Origin: Polyangiales bacterium
GTDB taxonomy: Bacteria > Myxococcota_A > Polyangia > Polyangiales > Ga0077539
Reading direction: 5' to 3'
Assembly: GCA_044229975.1 (NCBI GenBank)
Contig: JBGARZ010000009.1
Span: forward strand, 219,947-283,946
DNA: 64,000 bases
Below the pieces are notes generated by a model. The model was not told where the DNA came from. It worked only from the letters and a program-made list of their open reading frames with translations, and ran no database searches. The position numbers and the translations under genes are program-made. How positions within the stretch are numbered: the first letter of the stretch is position 1; the number at the start of each line of letters is the position of its first letter. Below are positions 63,674 to 64,000 of the stretch, one piece after another.

Positions 63674-64000
63674 GATGGAACCCATCGGGACATTCCTCCG
63701 ACGCGAGCGCGAAGACCGCGGCCTCTCCCTCGACGAGATCGCCGACGTCACCCGCATCCCGTCGACGTCCCTGAGCCTCCTCGAAGAGGGCCGCTTCGAA
63801 GCCCTCCCCGGCGACCCCTTCGTCCGCGGCTTCCTCCGCGCCTACGCCCGCGCCCTCGGCGTGAAGACCGACGACGTCCTCGCCCGCTACTCCATCGAGG
63901 TGCGCCTCCGCGACGTGCTCCCGCTCCCGCCGCGCATGCTCGATGACGGCGACGCCCGCGGCCGCCGCTTCGGCCTCGCCATCGCCCTCGTCGTGTTCGC
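63674..64000 (+). CDS. RodZ-like HTH (XRE) cytoskeleton protein; 3' end outside the window
   Basis: MEPIGTFLRREREDRGLSLDEIADVTRIPSTSLSLLEEGRFEALPGDPFVRGFLRAYARALGV is the conserved RodZ N-terminus. No stop before the window end. Confidence 0.55.

Overview
High-GC (about 70%) bacterial window, probably Myxococcota: a Myxococcus-type cysteine-rich repeat lipoprotein, a TonB-C/FGE fusion and a RodZ-like gene point that way. Most of the window is one very large anti-phage defence island. It is probably cargo of an integrase/tRNA-CAT-linked genomic island at the right-hand side. The centre-piece is a roughly 35.6-kb run of 17 co-directional minus-strand genes (41878 down to 6229) with tiny gaps or GTGA/ATGA stop-start overlaps. 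In order these genes are: an HNH nuclease; a GmrSD-like DUF262/DUF1524 enzyme fused to a Ser/Thr kinase; an SNF2 helicase; two small unknowns; a DUF1156 N6/N4 DNA methyltransferase; a RADAR-like pair (large P-loop ATPase plus an 871-aa divergent adenosine deaminase, the ATPase with visibly lower GC); a 176-aa unknown followed by a two-gene membrane module (glycine-zipper protein plus coiled-coil TM protein); a DUF499 BrxC/PglY-like ATPase with an N-terminal Swt1-like HEPN domain; two unknowns; a RelE/ParE-UvrD fusion helicase; a 1933-aa DEAH helicase with Zn ribbons and DUF1998 (DruE / fused DrmA-DrmB-like); and a terminal Cas4-like PD-(D/E)XK nuclease. That last gene is cleanly interrupted by a 3.7-kb Tn7/Tn5053-superfamily transposon (TniA DDE transposase plus TniB-like AAA ATPase, 25-bp imperfect TIRs TGTTACCG..., 7-bp target duplication CGCCACC). 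Precise excision restores a continuous ~391-aa nuclease ORF. The system looks like a hybrid of DISARM, BREX, Druantia and MADS-like methylation-associated defences with nested RADAR, and I could not assign it to a single described type. Downstream on the plus strand (42115..50613) is a second unusual, translationally coupled enzyme cluster: a 693-aa unknown, a small conserved protein, an epimerase-remnant micro-ORF, a GT4 glycosyltransferase-radical SAM/SPASM fusion, a WG-repeat P-loop kinase, an alkaline-phosphatase-superfamily enzyme, a histidine phosphatase and a minimal nucleotidyltransferase. Further right are a TPR protein, the Cys-rich lipoprotein, and an integrative-element module: an XRE regulator, a 555-aa unknown, an Orc1-like AAA ATPase/PD-(D/E)XK protein flanked by iteron-like CTCGTG[A/G]AAG repeat clusters, an Xis-like gene, and a tyrosine integrase reading into tRNA-CAT. 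After that come Crp/Fnr, TPR and RodZ-like genes. Coordinates follow the supplied ORF track. Starts I re-derived by hand may be off by 1-2 nt, because the line labels and the track disagree by +/-1 in places.
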